Source of the DNA: a virus
Strand: one strand, 5' to 3'
DNA: 64,000 nucleotides
Virus record (IMG/VR): IMGVR_UViG_3300018878_000100
Shown: positions 26,301 to 38,400 of the stretch, in pieces
Numbering within the stretch: the stretch's first letter is position 1
Layout: each line of letters starts with the position of its first letter
The notes under the pieces: model-generated
Seen by the model: the letters and a program-made list of their open reading frames with translations, nothing else
Databases searched by the model: none
What the model was told of the DNA's origin: nothing
Program-made: the position numbers and the translations under genes

Positions 26301-27484
26301 GCAGCTTTTATGGTTAGATGCGATGGCAAGATTTTCAATAGTTCTTCTTAAATTTCACTCTTGAGAATAAACATTTCTCAATTGATAATATTTTTAACAC
26401 TTCCCCTCCATATGAAAATCAAATGACAATTGATTCGACTATGAAGGCATATATTCAACCCAATGAAGATTTTGCCACATTTAGATTTAATGCAGCAAAT
26501 CATTGGATTAAATTTGCGCCAATTGATTCTTAGGGGGATGAAAAAACAACTTATGTTGGTTTTTCAATTTTTCATAATAAACCAAGCTTGGAAAACACCT
26601 ATACTCTCCCAATTTTTGAAATAACAGTTCCACCTCAAGGCGCAACAATTGAAACCCTTGAGAGTGGAGAATGCTTTAAGATTGCTTGTCCTGCCTTTGA
26701 TTAGGCAGGACATTTCGTAGGTGAGGACCATATAGAGCCAACCTATTTTAAAATGCCAGAGCAATTGATTCAAATTAATCAATCTGGTAATGACTTAGTT
26801 CTAACAGCTGAAAAGAAATTCCATTTTGCGAACACAGATGGTTTAATTGAACTATTATTAAATGACGCAAAAAATAAATTAACTTTTTAGCATAAAACAA
26901 ACTTCAATGACAACGAAGAGCCTGACTTTACTCCATTTTTATACGAAGGTAGTAAAGATGGTACTCAATATGAAGTTGAAATTGTATTGCAACCTGGTGA
27001 TTTTATTTCAACTTATCATACGGTTTACGATAAAGCGGGTCATTTAACTACATTAGAAAAAATTTATTATCAATTACCAATTAGTGAAGTTGATTCTCGT
27101 ATTGAAGTATTAGAAAATACTGTTGCTGAAATTCAAGGCGACCTTGAAAATATGGCAGGAGATATTGAGACTTTAACTGAAGATTTAGAAGATGCTATAA
27201 AAGATGTACAAAGAGCAAATGAAATGGTTGGTACTGATGCTGAGTTTGGTAGAGGAGACCAAGCCGCAAAAGAAGATTCTTTTAATGCTTGGGTTAAGGC
27301 TTTTACAGGAACAACTCAAAATTATCAATCTTTATCAGGAGCTCTTTCTGCAGTACTTGAAAAATTATCTTCTAATAATACTGATTTAGATAATGAAATG
27401 CGTAACTTCTATTCTCGTATTATTGCTATTGAAGATTATTTAGATGGTAAGTTTACCGATTATGAGCCTCCAAAGAGAAGCTAA
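26297..27484 (+). CDS. Hypothetical structural protein of about 395 aa with a coiled-coil C-terminus, read through 6 TAG codons
   Basis: An AAGGAGG site lies 9 nt upstream of ATG 26297. Frame 2 is continuous to TAA 27482-27484 and includes track ORF 26987... It is interrupted only by TAG. Confidence 0.55.
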
Positions 27485-27549
27485 TATGCGTAATTTCTTT
27501 CTTTTAAGAAATTAAGATATAATATACTTTTAAGAAAGGAGAGAATATT

Positions 27550-29031
27550 TTGGCAAATTATGTAAAATTTATGCGTGGTACTCCAAAAGCCTATGAAATG
27601 CTTTTAGCCAGTCCAGAGAAACCAAATGTTGATACTCTGTATTTTATTTCCGAAGCAGATTCAACTAATGCGGTTTTATATTTGGGTGAAAAGCTAATTG
27701 CGGGCGGAGGGGGAGCCGCAGGTAAAATTAGTTTAAGTGAATTAACTGATATTGCTTTAAGTACAGATTTAGCTGATAAGTCTATTTTAGTATATGATAC
27801 TGCTTCTGGTAAATGGGTTGATTCTACATTAGAACAAGCTATTTCTGTTTTTATCGGTGCTAGTAAAGATGCCGCAGGTACAGCTGGACTTGTTCCTGCT
27901 CCTGGATATGGAGAAACCAATAAGTTTTTACGTAGTGACGGCACTTGGGTATCTATTGACAGTTCAGAAGCAACTATTATCACTATTGAAAATGAAGATA
28001 GTGAAGTCATGCATCAAGAGTTAATTGACCAAACCACACAAGGATGGTTGCCATGTGCTGGTGATATTATCATTATTAAAGATATTATTATCAATGATAA
28101 ATGGCAATATACTTCTTATGTATATAATGGTTCTACATGGGCAGCCATGGATGGAAACTATAATGCTGAAAATGTGTATTTTGATTCTGATTTCACATTT
28201 ACAACTCCAGTTGGTACAGTCACTATTCCTTCTACTGGTAGTAAAGTAGTGGATGCCGCAGGAATGAATATTAAGGATTTCTTAGCAAGTATTTTTGCAG
28301 AAGAACAAAATCCTACTACGACAAAACCCTCTATTGCTTTCACTAAACCTTCTAGTGATGCTTCTTATGAAGTTGGAACTAAAGTAACTCCAGAATATGC
28401 ATTAAGTTTCAATAGCGGCTCTTATACTTATAATACAAGCACTGGTGTTACTGCTACTGGATGGAATGTTAGTGATGGAACAACCACTCGTACTACTCAA
28501 AGTGGTACAATGGAAGAAATTCAAGTTATTGATAATATGAATTATAAAATGACTGCAACAGCTACTTATTCAGATGGTATTATTCCTTCTACCAATTTAG
28601 GCAAGGAATATGCTGATGGACAAATTAAAGCTGGAACCACCAGTTCTAAAACTTCTAAATCCATTACTGGATATAGACAATGTTTCGCTGGTGGAGATTC
28701 TACTGGAAGTGAATTAACTTCTGCTTTTATCCGAGACAATTTAGCTGGAAAAGGCAACGGCGCTTCTAATAGAACTATTACTTGGGCCGCAAGTGATTTA
28801 GCTGGTATGAAGCGTTATATTATTGCGCTTCCTGTGAGCGGTGGTAAGAGCGTTACATCTGCAATTATTACTTCAAGTATGAATGCAGATGCTACTGCAG
28901 ATTATGTAAAACAAACCGCAACTGTTGAGGTTGAAGGTGCAAATGGATATACTGCAGTCGATTATAATATTTGGATTTATGCACCTGCTTCTATTGCAAG
29001 TACAGAAGTGCATAGTGTTACAATTGGATAA
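27550..29031 (+). CDS. Tail fibre or structural protein of 493 aa with no TAG
   Basis: The ORF is intact from TTG 27550, which follows an AAAGGAGAG site, and ends in TAA. The product is Gly, Ser and Thr rich and fibre-like. Confidence 0.55.
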   Translation: MANYVKFMRGTPKAYEMLLASPEKPNVDTLYFISEADSTNAVLYLGEKLIAGGGGAAGKISLSELTDIALSTDLADKSILVYDTASGKWVDSTLEQAISVFIGASKDAAGTAGLVPAPGYGETNKFLRSDGTWVSIDSSEATIITIENEDSEVMHQELIDQTTQGWLPCAGDIIIIKDIIINDKWQYTSYVYNGSTWAAMDGNYNAENVYFDSDFTFTTPVGTVTIPSTGSKVVDAAGMNIKDFLASIFAEEQNPTTTKPSIAFTKPSSDASYEVGTKVTPEYALSFNSGSYTYNTSTGVTATGWNVSDGTTTRTTQSGTMEEIQVIDNMNYKMTATATYSDGIIPSTNLGKEYADGQIKAGTTSSKTSKSITGYRQCFAGGDSTGSELTSAFIRDNLAGKGNGASNRTITWAASDLAGMKRYIIALPVSGGKSVTSAIITSSMNADATADYVKQTATVEVEGANGYTAVDYNIWIYAPASIASTEVHSVTIG

Positions 29032-29045
29032 GGAGGACCTGAGAT

Positions 29046-30563
29046 ATGGCTGTAATTAAAAAAGACGGCAACTTCATGGGCCTTCCTATGAATGTTGCGA
29101 GAGGTAATCCAATTCCTCTTGATAAAAGTGAAATTTGGTACTCTTATGATGCAATGGAATTATATGCGCAAACCGACCCTGTCGCATATGTAGGTCAGAT
29201 TCTAGGTTTAGTAGACGAGGCCGCAGGCACCGCTACTGCGTATATCATTCTAAATACCGCAGGTGAACTCCAAGAGATTGGAGCATCTGTTGATATTCCA
29301 TCTTTAAAAGGAGATAATTCTTCTATTGTTATTAGCAATGAAATTATTGCCTTAAAGAACTGGGGTGTGCAATATTATAAATATGTTGCCGCAACTGAAA
29401 CTACTGAAGCTGAATATGTCCTTCAAGTCGTTGACGATGAGAATCCTTGGATTAGTGGTTTAGAGCCAAAAGTCGCCAGCGAAAATGGACAAATGGTATT
29501 AGCTTGGTATCAACCAAACCCAACTACCATTGAAGGTTTAGGCAGTTAGTTATCTTCTTTACAAACTTCTGTAAGCGATTTACAAAAGAATACTTATACT
29601 AAAACTGAAGTTGATGAGAAGATTGCGGATGCTGGTCATTTAAAGCGAATTATCGTTAATTCTGTGGATGATATTAATGTTAATGCCGCAGATGCTGACC
29701 AATATATTTATATGGTATTAACTTCTCCTGAGGATGAAGCTGACAAGTATGATGAATACATGGTTATTATCTATGAGGATGAAACTGGTACAGAAGTTCG
29801 TTATGCTGAAAAAGTTGGTTCTTGGGAAGTTGATTTAAGTAATTATGTTACTAAAAATGCGCTACAAACCGAACTTAATAAGAAAGTTGATGCTGAAGAA
29901 GGCTATTCTTTAATTTCTGATGAAGAGAAAGCTAAATTAGAAGGCATTTAGGAAGGCGCGCAAAAGAATTATATTACATCTGTTGATTCTACAAATTTTG
30001 CAGTTGAAGCTGGTAAGCTTTTATTGCAAGGAATTACTGTTGCACAAGTTCAAAATTTACAATCACTTTTGGACGCGAAGGTAAATAAAGAAGAGGGTAA
30101 AGGATTATCTTCTAATGATTTCACAGATGAACATATTCAAATTATTCAAGGTAATACTGCTAATATTCAAACTCAAGGTAATAAAATTATTACCATTGAA
30201 AATGTATTGAATGATACAGAGATTGATGGTATTGTTACTCCTGGTTTGATTACTAAAGTAAATAATTTAAGTGTTGCTGTTCAAACTAACACTGATAATA
30301 TTTCAACTAATGCAGGAAAAATTTTAACCTTAGAAGGTACGGTAGCAACGTAGGGTAATGCTATTACTTTATTGCAAAAAGATGTTAGTGATTTAAAAAC
30401 TAAGGTAAATGCAATTGATTTAACTAAATATGTTACTACTGAAATTTTCCAAGCTACAGTTGGTAACCTTGAAGAATTACAACAAAATCAAAAGACACTT
30501 CACACTCAGGTAAAAGAAATTCAAGAAGCTATTACTTGGGGTGAAATTAAAATTAATGCTTAA
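29046..30563 (+). CDS. Tail fibre protein of about 505 aa carrying phage tail-fibre repeats, read through 3 TAG codons
   Basis: A GGAGG site precedes ATG 29046. Frame 0 is continuous through track ORFs 29046.., 29664.., 30024.. and 30372.. to TAA. Repeated motifs (KKVDAEEGYSLISDEEKAKLEGI; NKEEGKGLSSNDFTDEHIQII) resemble the phage tail-fibre repeat (Phage_fiber_2-like, GKGLS.NDFT). Coiled-coil heptads are present. Confidence 0.6.
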
Positions 30564-30580
30564 GAAAGGGGAAAACTATA

Positions 30581-32302
30581 ATGGCAGATACTAATGTTAT
30601 CACTATTGCTGATAATTCTCAGATTAAGTTTTTACATGGTTTACAAACCGCATTAGATGCTAAGAGAACCGCCCGTTCTGGCGAAAGCGGCACTTTCTAC
30701 TTAACCAATGATACTCATAGATTATATGTTGGTTTAAGTGATGGTAGCATCGAAGCTGTTAATGAAGGTATTACTACTTACGCTACCGTGGAGGTCTTAC
30801 CAACTGCAACTGCTTTAAATGCTGGTCAATTCGTTTATATTACAGCTGATTCTATTTTAGCTGTTTCCAATGGTCAAAATTGGGTTCAAATTAATGCCAA
30901 TACAGATACCAATTATACTTATGGCGGTCTAGTCACAGGAGAGCAGACAGGAACTGTTACTGTAACAACTACTTTAACAGAAATTGGTGAAGGTAATAGA
31001 AAACCTTCTTTCGCTTTCTCTTTAACTGGTAAAAATGGTATTACTATTGTTGAAGGTACAACAGATGGTACTATTGAAGTATATGGTACTAAATTAGCCA
31101 GCGAAAATATGGCTCAAGATAATGCTGCAAAGATTAAGTTAGTTAATGAAGCTGGCGTACAGCAAAGTGCAGTTGTTATTCAGGGTGGTACCAATGTTAC
31201 TGTTAGCGAAGATAATGGCGTAATTGGAATCACTGCTGCTGACACTAAATTAGATGGTAACACTCATACAGCAACCGCTCATGCTTGGGACCCCAAAGAT
31301 GAGACCAATAAGCCTGGTGGATTTACTGTAACAGTTAAAGATACTGCTAATAGAAGTTCTAGTAGCACATTTAATCCTGCAATTAAATATGGTGGTAGTG
31401 GCACTTCTACTGCTAAGTTCAGCAATGGTACTGCGACTTTAGATGTATATACTAAAGCAGAAGTTGATGCTTTAAGAGCAGACTTTGACGCAATGGAATA
31501 TCAGGGTGTTGTTAATAGCATTCCTACTGGTTCCATTAAGAAAGGTTATACTTATAAAGTTGGTCAAGCTTTTGATGTAACAGTTAAAACCGATACTGGT
31601 ACTGAAGAGATTACAGTACAGCCTGGTGACTTATTGATTGCAGAAGGCACTGAAGGTACCAATGGATTCTTAACTACTGTACAATGGGGTTATGTTCCTT
31701 CTGGTAATGAAGATACCACTTACTCTGTTGGTTTATTGACTCCAGCAAATGGTGGTGGTATTCAATTATTAGAAAAGAAAACTGGCACTACTACTGGTAC
31801 TAATGCTGGCTCTATTTCTGTATTAAGTGGAAATTGTATTACTGTAAGTCCAAGTTCAGACACTGCTTCTAAGGCAATGTCACTGACTATTAATCATAAT
31901 GCGGTAAGTACTACTGACCCAGCTAGAGATACCACTGGTACTTTAAATAATCCTACTCTTGGCACCGATTATGTTGCTAAGTCAGAAGATATTGTTATTA
32001 TTGATGCCTCTAAGGGCGAAAATGGTATTGATAGAGACAATTATGGTCATGTACAGAAAGTATATACCAAGACCGTTAAAGTCTATGATACTAATGCTCG
32101 TTTAACTGGAATGACTTCCAGTGTATCTAGTGACACTGCTAAGACTAAGGCTACTGTTTCTATTAAGGGTCAAGTAACTGGCTCTAAGAATCAAAAGAGT
32201 GAGCAAACTGCTACTTTCTATGTTGAGTCTACTCATAGTAACTTGCAGGTAAGTAGCTCTGGCTCTAGCGTTCAGATGTCTCTGGTTTGGGGCACTTTCT
32301 AA
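30581..32302 (+). CDS. Structural or fibre-associated protein of 573 aa with no TAG
   Basis: The ORF is intact with a GGGGAAAAC site and ends in TAA. The product is Thr and Gly rich. Confidence 0.55.
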   Translation: MADTNVITIADNSQIKFLHGLQTALDAKRTARSGESGTFYLTNDTHRLYVGLSDGSIEAVNEGITTYATVEVLPTATALNAGQFVYITADSILAVSNGQNWVQINANTDTNYTYGGLVTGEQTGTVTVTTTLTEIGEGNRKPSFAFSLTGKNGITIVEGTTDGTIEVYGTKLASENMAQDNAAKIKLVNEAGVQQSAVVIQGGTNVTVSEDNGVIGITAADTKLDGNTHTATAHAWDPKDETNKPGGFTVTVKDTANRSSSSTFNPAIKYGGSGTSTAKFSNGTATLDVYTKAEVDALRADFDAMEYQGVVNSIPTGSIKKGYTYKVGQAFDVTVKTDTGTEEITVQPGDLLIAEGTEGTNGFLTTVQWGYVPSGNEDTTYSVGLLTPANGGGIQLLEKKTGTTTGTNAGSISVLSGNCITVSPSSDTASKAMSLTINHNAVSTTDPARDTTGTLNNPTLGTDYVAKSEDIVIIDASKGENGIDRDNYGHVQKVYTKTVKVYDTNARLTGMTSSVSSDTAKTKATVSIKGQVTGSKNQKSEQTATFYVESTHSNLQVSSSGSSVQMSLVWGTF

Positions 32303-32367
32303 TTTGAGGACAAAAGGTATTAAGAAGATTATTTCGATTTTTAATTAAAAATAGAGGATAATCTAAT

Positions 32368-32405
32368 AGGTGGGAAGAAGATTATTCTTCTCACCTATTT
32401 TTTTG
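32368..32405 (+). terminator. Rho-independent terminator
   Basis: AGGTGGGAAGAAG pairs with TTCTTCTCACCT, with one G-U pair. The sequence ATTTTTTTGTTT follows. Confidence 0.6.
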
Positions 32406-32435
32406 TTTATAAAGGAAAGAAAGGAGTTTAAATAA

Positions 32436-35400
32436 ATGAGTGAAAATTATGGCGTAAAATTTATTCCCGTCCGTGGTTATGACAGTAAGATTCAGCGTGC
32501 TGAAGTAAAAGATGGATGGATTTATTTTGCTACTGACTCAGGTAAGATTTATGTCGATAGCCAGGGCCAAAGAACTATTATGGGTTCTGCGGGCGCCGCA
32601 ATTTACTATGGTGAAGTTGAGAAACCAGAAGTAAATGAAGATACGGGCTATGCAACACTTCCTAAGAGCGCTGTTAAAGGCGACCCTAAGAAAGGCGACC
32701 TAATCTTAAATTCCGATGGCGGTTTCTATAAAGTTGAATTAATTGGTGAAGAAAACTATACTTGTGAATTGCTTTCTATTAGCGGCACAGGCGGTGGTCC
32801 CGGTGTTTCTACTACTACTCGTCCATCAATCACTTTAACTCTTGACAATACTAACTTCATTAATGGTCAAGAGGCTTATTTCCATATCCATGCAGAGTCT
32901 GCTTTAGAGGCAGATGGTGTGACTCCTGTAGATACTACATTGAATGTTGTATATTCTTTGGGTACTCGTATTTCCGACGAGGTTATTGATAACTATACTA
33001 CTCAAACTCGTACTTATAAGACTGGTGAATCTGACTATGAGGGCGTTCCCGGTATTATTGATGACTATATTGAAATTGGTTCTCTATTAAGAGAGTCCTC
33101 TTCTAGTGTGTTGTCTGTTTATGTTCAAGGTGCAAATCATGACGAAAAGAGCCGTACTAGAACTGTTGACTTATCAACTTCTGCATTAAAGTTATCTCAA
33201 GTTTCCGGTTATAACCCAGCTACTAGATATCCTACTTCTGGATTCCAAATTAAGTGCGGAGTTGTTGGTTCTTTATCTAAGGTCTTAGATTTCTACTATG
33301 ATGATATGAATACTCCTGCTGAAACTCGTGTTATCGAGGCTAACGTAGCTAATAGTACTCAGACATTTACAGTAGGTACAGACAAAGCAACTCACGGATA
33401 TCACACTGTTCGTATTGAGCTGTGGCAGAACACTGGTACTTCCAGTAATCCTAAGAGAGGCTTAGGAGTTGCTCCACTACAGTACGAAATCGCAGTTATT
33501 GAAACAAGTAACGCAAATGCTAAACCAGTAATTTGGTTGGGTGATTATAAGGCTGAATATTATAATTACGATACTATTCAAATCCCATTCTTAGTATGGG
33601 ACCCCGCAAATACCAACTCTACTAAAGTGCATTTGTATAAAAATAATATTGAATTAGAAAGCTCTCCTCGTGAAGTTAAGGATTTCTCTAAATTTGATTA
33701 TTGGGAAATCGCTGATGCAGAAATGAATGCTTTAAATAGCTATCAAATTTCTTGCGGCGAGACTGATGAAAAATTTGTAAAGAGAGAAATTGAGTTTAAG
33801 GTTGTTAAAGACCCTAATCGTGATATGACTGTTGAGCAAGCAGGATTGTTATTAGACTTCTCTGCTACTGGACGTTCTAATTCTGAGTCCGCAGCTAAGA
33901 GACAGTTGTGGAGCTACACTTTGAATGGTGAAAAGAAAAACGCCATTTTCGAAAACTTTAACTGGTATAATAACGGTTGGATGATGGATTCAAGCATTAA
34001 CCAGTCTTGTTTAAGAATTAGTAATGGTGCTAGATTAACTATTCCATTCCAGCAGATGGTATTTGCTGCCGGTGTTAGTGGACAAGAGTCTCACACTGTT
34101 GAAATGCAATTCCGCATTCGCAATGTTCAAAAATATGATAATTTAATTACCAATATTACTCGTTATCAAGGTGACGGTGTTTGGTATGAAGCTTTTAAAG
34201 CTCAAAAAGATACTGGCTATTCTAACTATGATGCTTACTTACAAGCAACTTTAGACCCAGACACTTATGATAATTTAAAATTCCAAACTGTTGAAAAGAA
34301 TATTAACATTACTAATGTTGCCGCAGGTCTATATGATTATGATGCAACCAATGTTAAAGCTACTGGTTTCTGCGTAGGCACTCAGGACGCTTTCTTCTCA
34401 AACGGTGAAAATACTGTTAACGTAAACTTCGTTGAAGATGAGTTAATTAATTTAAGTTTTGTATATCAAGATAGCTTAAAATATTTATATATCTATATCA
34501 ATGGTGTTATTACTGGTGTTATTAAGTCTACTGACCCTGACGCCTTTACAATTAATAGTGGAAACTTTGTTTTTGATTCTAGTAATTGTGACATTGATTT
34601 ATATAAATTGAGAATTTATAATTCTGATTTAAATGTTAATCAGATTGTACAAAATTTCTCTGTTGACCGCAAGAACGTAAAAATCTTTGACCAAAGTAAT
34701 GCTTATGCATTGGCTGAGGAGAATAATAACTTGAAAGAGTTCCAGTTCTCTTATGAAGCTATGCTAAGATATAATGAAGCTCATCCTAATGAACCTTTGA
34801 TGCCTTATATCATTTACGATACTGGTAATGCTACTTTACCATATAGTAAAGACGATACTAAATACATTAGTGTTGAATTTGTTAATACCAATTTGGAAAG
34901 AGCATATGCTAATGGTGAATTAGAGACTTTGGCTCGTGCCGATGGCTTAATCGCAGAAGGCGAAACTGATAGTGATAAAATTAAAGAAGGCGTTCGCTTG
35001 TACTACAAGCATCATTGCCCATCTTGGATTTCCACTATGACTTCTGGAGATAAGGTTGAATTTGCTGTTCAGGGTACTTCTTCTGAGTTCTATCCTCGTC
35101 GTAATTACAAGATTAAGACTAAGGTAGAAGGAGAATTTAACTGGAAACCAATCGCAGACTTTACCGATAAGGAGAAGGCTGAATTAAAACCAGAAGAGCT
35201 TGAAAAATTAAATGCTGAGAGCGGTTTATATATGGAAGAAGATTCTTTAAATATCTTCTTAAACCGTGGACCTTATGCTGAAGTTTTCGTTTCTGATAAA
35301 GCTAAGTTAGCACAAGATAGTAAATATCTTGGACATGAAGAGTGTCGTTGTGCTGATGGTTGGTATATGAATAACTATACTAACGGAACTGATAGATGGA

Positions 35401-38400
35401 CTATGAAAGTTGACTATATGGAATCTTCTGGTTCTTATAATGCAGGTTTCGCATCTATGGTTGGTAATGGTTATACTAAGCATCCTTTACAAGACTATTT
35501 AGCTTTATTAAATAATACCAATAAATTGGAACCTGTTGTTGATAGCTCTGTAATTAAGGGTATTCAATGGGGCGATTATCGTACTTCTCTATTGGGCTTC
35601 CCAGTTATGGCTTTCCAAAAGACTGGTTCTGGTGATAATGCTAAGTACACTTTCATCGGTTTTTATCGTATGCTATTGGATAAGAGCTCTACTCAGGTCT
35701 TAGGATTTAAACCTAGTAAGAAAGTTACTAATAAGTTATTCCCTAAGGGTTTAAATGATGAAGGTAAAATGGAATATAAGGCAGTACGAGACGTAGCAGA
35801 ATGTTGGGAGTTCTCTAACAATGCTCGTGGTTATTGCTCTTATCGTGACCCATGGAGCCGTGTTGAATTAAGTTTCACACCTCCTACTAATTCCACTGTA
35901 TCTAATGGTGGTTACAATGCTAATGAAGCTCCTGTTGTGGCTAATAGCTTTGAATATCGCTATCACAGCAAGGATGATTATATTGATATTCTTTACAACT
36001 TTAAGCAAGCTACTCAAGGTGAACTTGATGAAGTTGCTGAAGAGTTAGGAACTGGTACAATTCCTAAGGGCGATTTAGAGGCCGGTGCTAAGGCATTGCT
36101 ATCTACTCATACTAACTGGGAAAAAGTATGTAAATGGTTGTGGAGTACTAATCTTGATGCAGTTGTTTCTCAAGGTACTTACTCTAAAGTTCCTGTCGGT
36201 GATACCGCATATGAGCCTGGTGTTTACTATGTAGTTGATGGTGATTCTTACGCTATTAGTAATGCCGACTTTGATGAAAACACTACCTACTATGTAAAGA
36301 GTGAAGTCAACTATGATGTTATCTCTTTAACTGCAGAGACTTATATTTCTGGTAAATATTACATCTTAAATGCTGATGGTGAATATGTAATTGATGCAAG
36401 CACTTTTGATGCAAATAAGATTTATTATGAGCAGGTTATTGAAGACCGCTACATTCCAGTTAATGTATGTCCTGCTGAGTATGTATATGTAAAAGGTAAG
36501 TTCTATGTATTAACTGCTGGTGGAAACACTGTAAGCACTACTGATGATGTTTATGCATTATCTAATGAAGAATTTGCTGGTGGTACTACTTACTACGAAT
36601 TTAAAGATGATACTCTAGACACTCTAAATTCTCGTTTTGACTTACTGATTGCTCCAGTAGATATTGAGAATGCTACTTATGATGCTAATACTCAGTATTA
36701 TACTTGGCATGGTATGGACTATGATATGAACGACGCTGCTAATGGTGTTGTTATTAACCCAGGTCATCCAACCGGTGCAGTCCGCGCGGTCGAAACTCCT
36801 TCTCAAGAGGATTGGGCTAAGGGATTATATTATGTAGCAGCTCCAAAAGAATATGCTGGTAAGGTTTATACTCACGATACTAAAGAATATCGTGCTGCTA
36901 AATTTACTAATGAATTTGAAGACCACTTCGACCCTGAGTACGTTGCTACTTACTTCGTAATGACTGAAGTTATGGAGTTATACGACTCTCGTGGTAAGAA
37001 CTGTATGATGGCCTCTTGGGGTCCTCATGAAGCTGGTGGAGAGTACATCTGGTATCCAATCTTCTATGATATTGATACTCAGTTAGGTATTAACAATACT
37101 GGTATTCCTTCATTCGAATTCAATGTTGATGCTACTGAAGCAGGTAACTTCTCTACTTCTGATAGTATCTTGTGGAACAACTTCTATAAGTTCTTTAAAG
37201 ACACTTGGATTGTTCCTAAATATAGAAACTTAAGAGGTAATGATACTCCTAAGTTTGCTAAATTATTAAATGCAGACGGAACTAGTAAAGCTCCTTTACA
37301 GTCTGTTGATTATATTGAAAAGTGGTATACTTTTAATCCTGATGCAACTAATAATATTGCTTGTGAAGGCGAGCGTCCATTATTAGCTACTAATTTGGAT
37401 ATGTACTTTAAGTATATTACTATTTGTAACCCCAAAGCAAAAGAAGAGGGCGTTGCTCACTTGGGCGGCGAAGGTTCTGGTGGTGCGTTCGCTGAACCAG
37501 ACACCGGCACTTACTTCTATGCTTTACAAGGTGACCGTTCTCAATCTCGTCAGCAGTTCGTTGGAAATCGTCTTGAGTACATTGACTCTTGGTTGACCCA
37601 AGGTAACTATGCTCGTGGTGGTGCGAACCGTCTATGGGGTCGTATTTCTGCTAACAACAGAAGTGACCTTGACTCTGATATTACTGATGTTCACTCTGAT
37701 AAATGGACCAATAGCGTTGATGACCCATATTGGGTAAACAATGTACCTTTTGGAACCAAGACTCACGAGTTTGACTCTGAATATTGGATTGAACCTACTC
37801 CAATTCGAAGCGCATATGTTACTGCTGGTGATGACAGTATGAACTATCCTTCTAAGAAATATGATGGTATCCATAAGATGCAATTCGTATTAAATGAATT
37901 GGAAAATGGTATTAAAAATAGTGACAACTATCCTGAACAGTTGTTATATATTTATGGTACTAACCAAATGTCTGATTTCGGTGACTTAAGTAAGATGTAT
38001 TGGACTGAGTTTAAACTTGAGGGTAAGGCTGATAAGCTAACTCGCTTGAAGCTTGGTCATGATGGTACTACCATTGACTATAAAGATAGTAATGCAAGTA
38101 CTAAGACTGAAATTGGTTGGTATAATAAGAAGTTAAATGGTATTACAGTACCTACTTCACTACCTCTATTAAAAGAAGTTAACTTCTGTAATATTGGTCT
38201 AGTAAATGAAACTGCTCTTGATTTTAGCTCTTCTGAAAAGATGGAAAACTTCAGAGCTACTGGTGCAAGTAACTTAACTTCTGTTACATTTGCAGATGGT
38301 GTTGCGTTAAATACTTTGTATTTGCCTGCATCCGTTGGTTCTTTGGCCTTAACTCAAGCTAACTTGTTAACTGAATTAATTGGCCATGATGAAGACCATG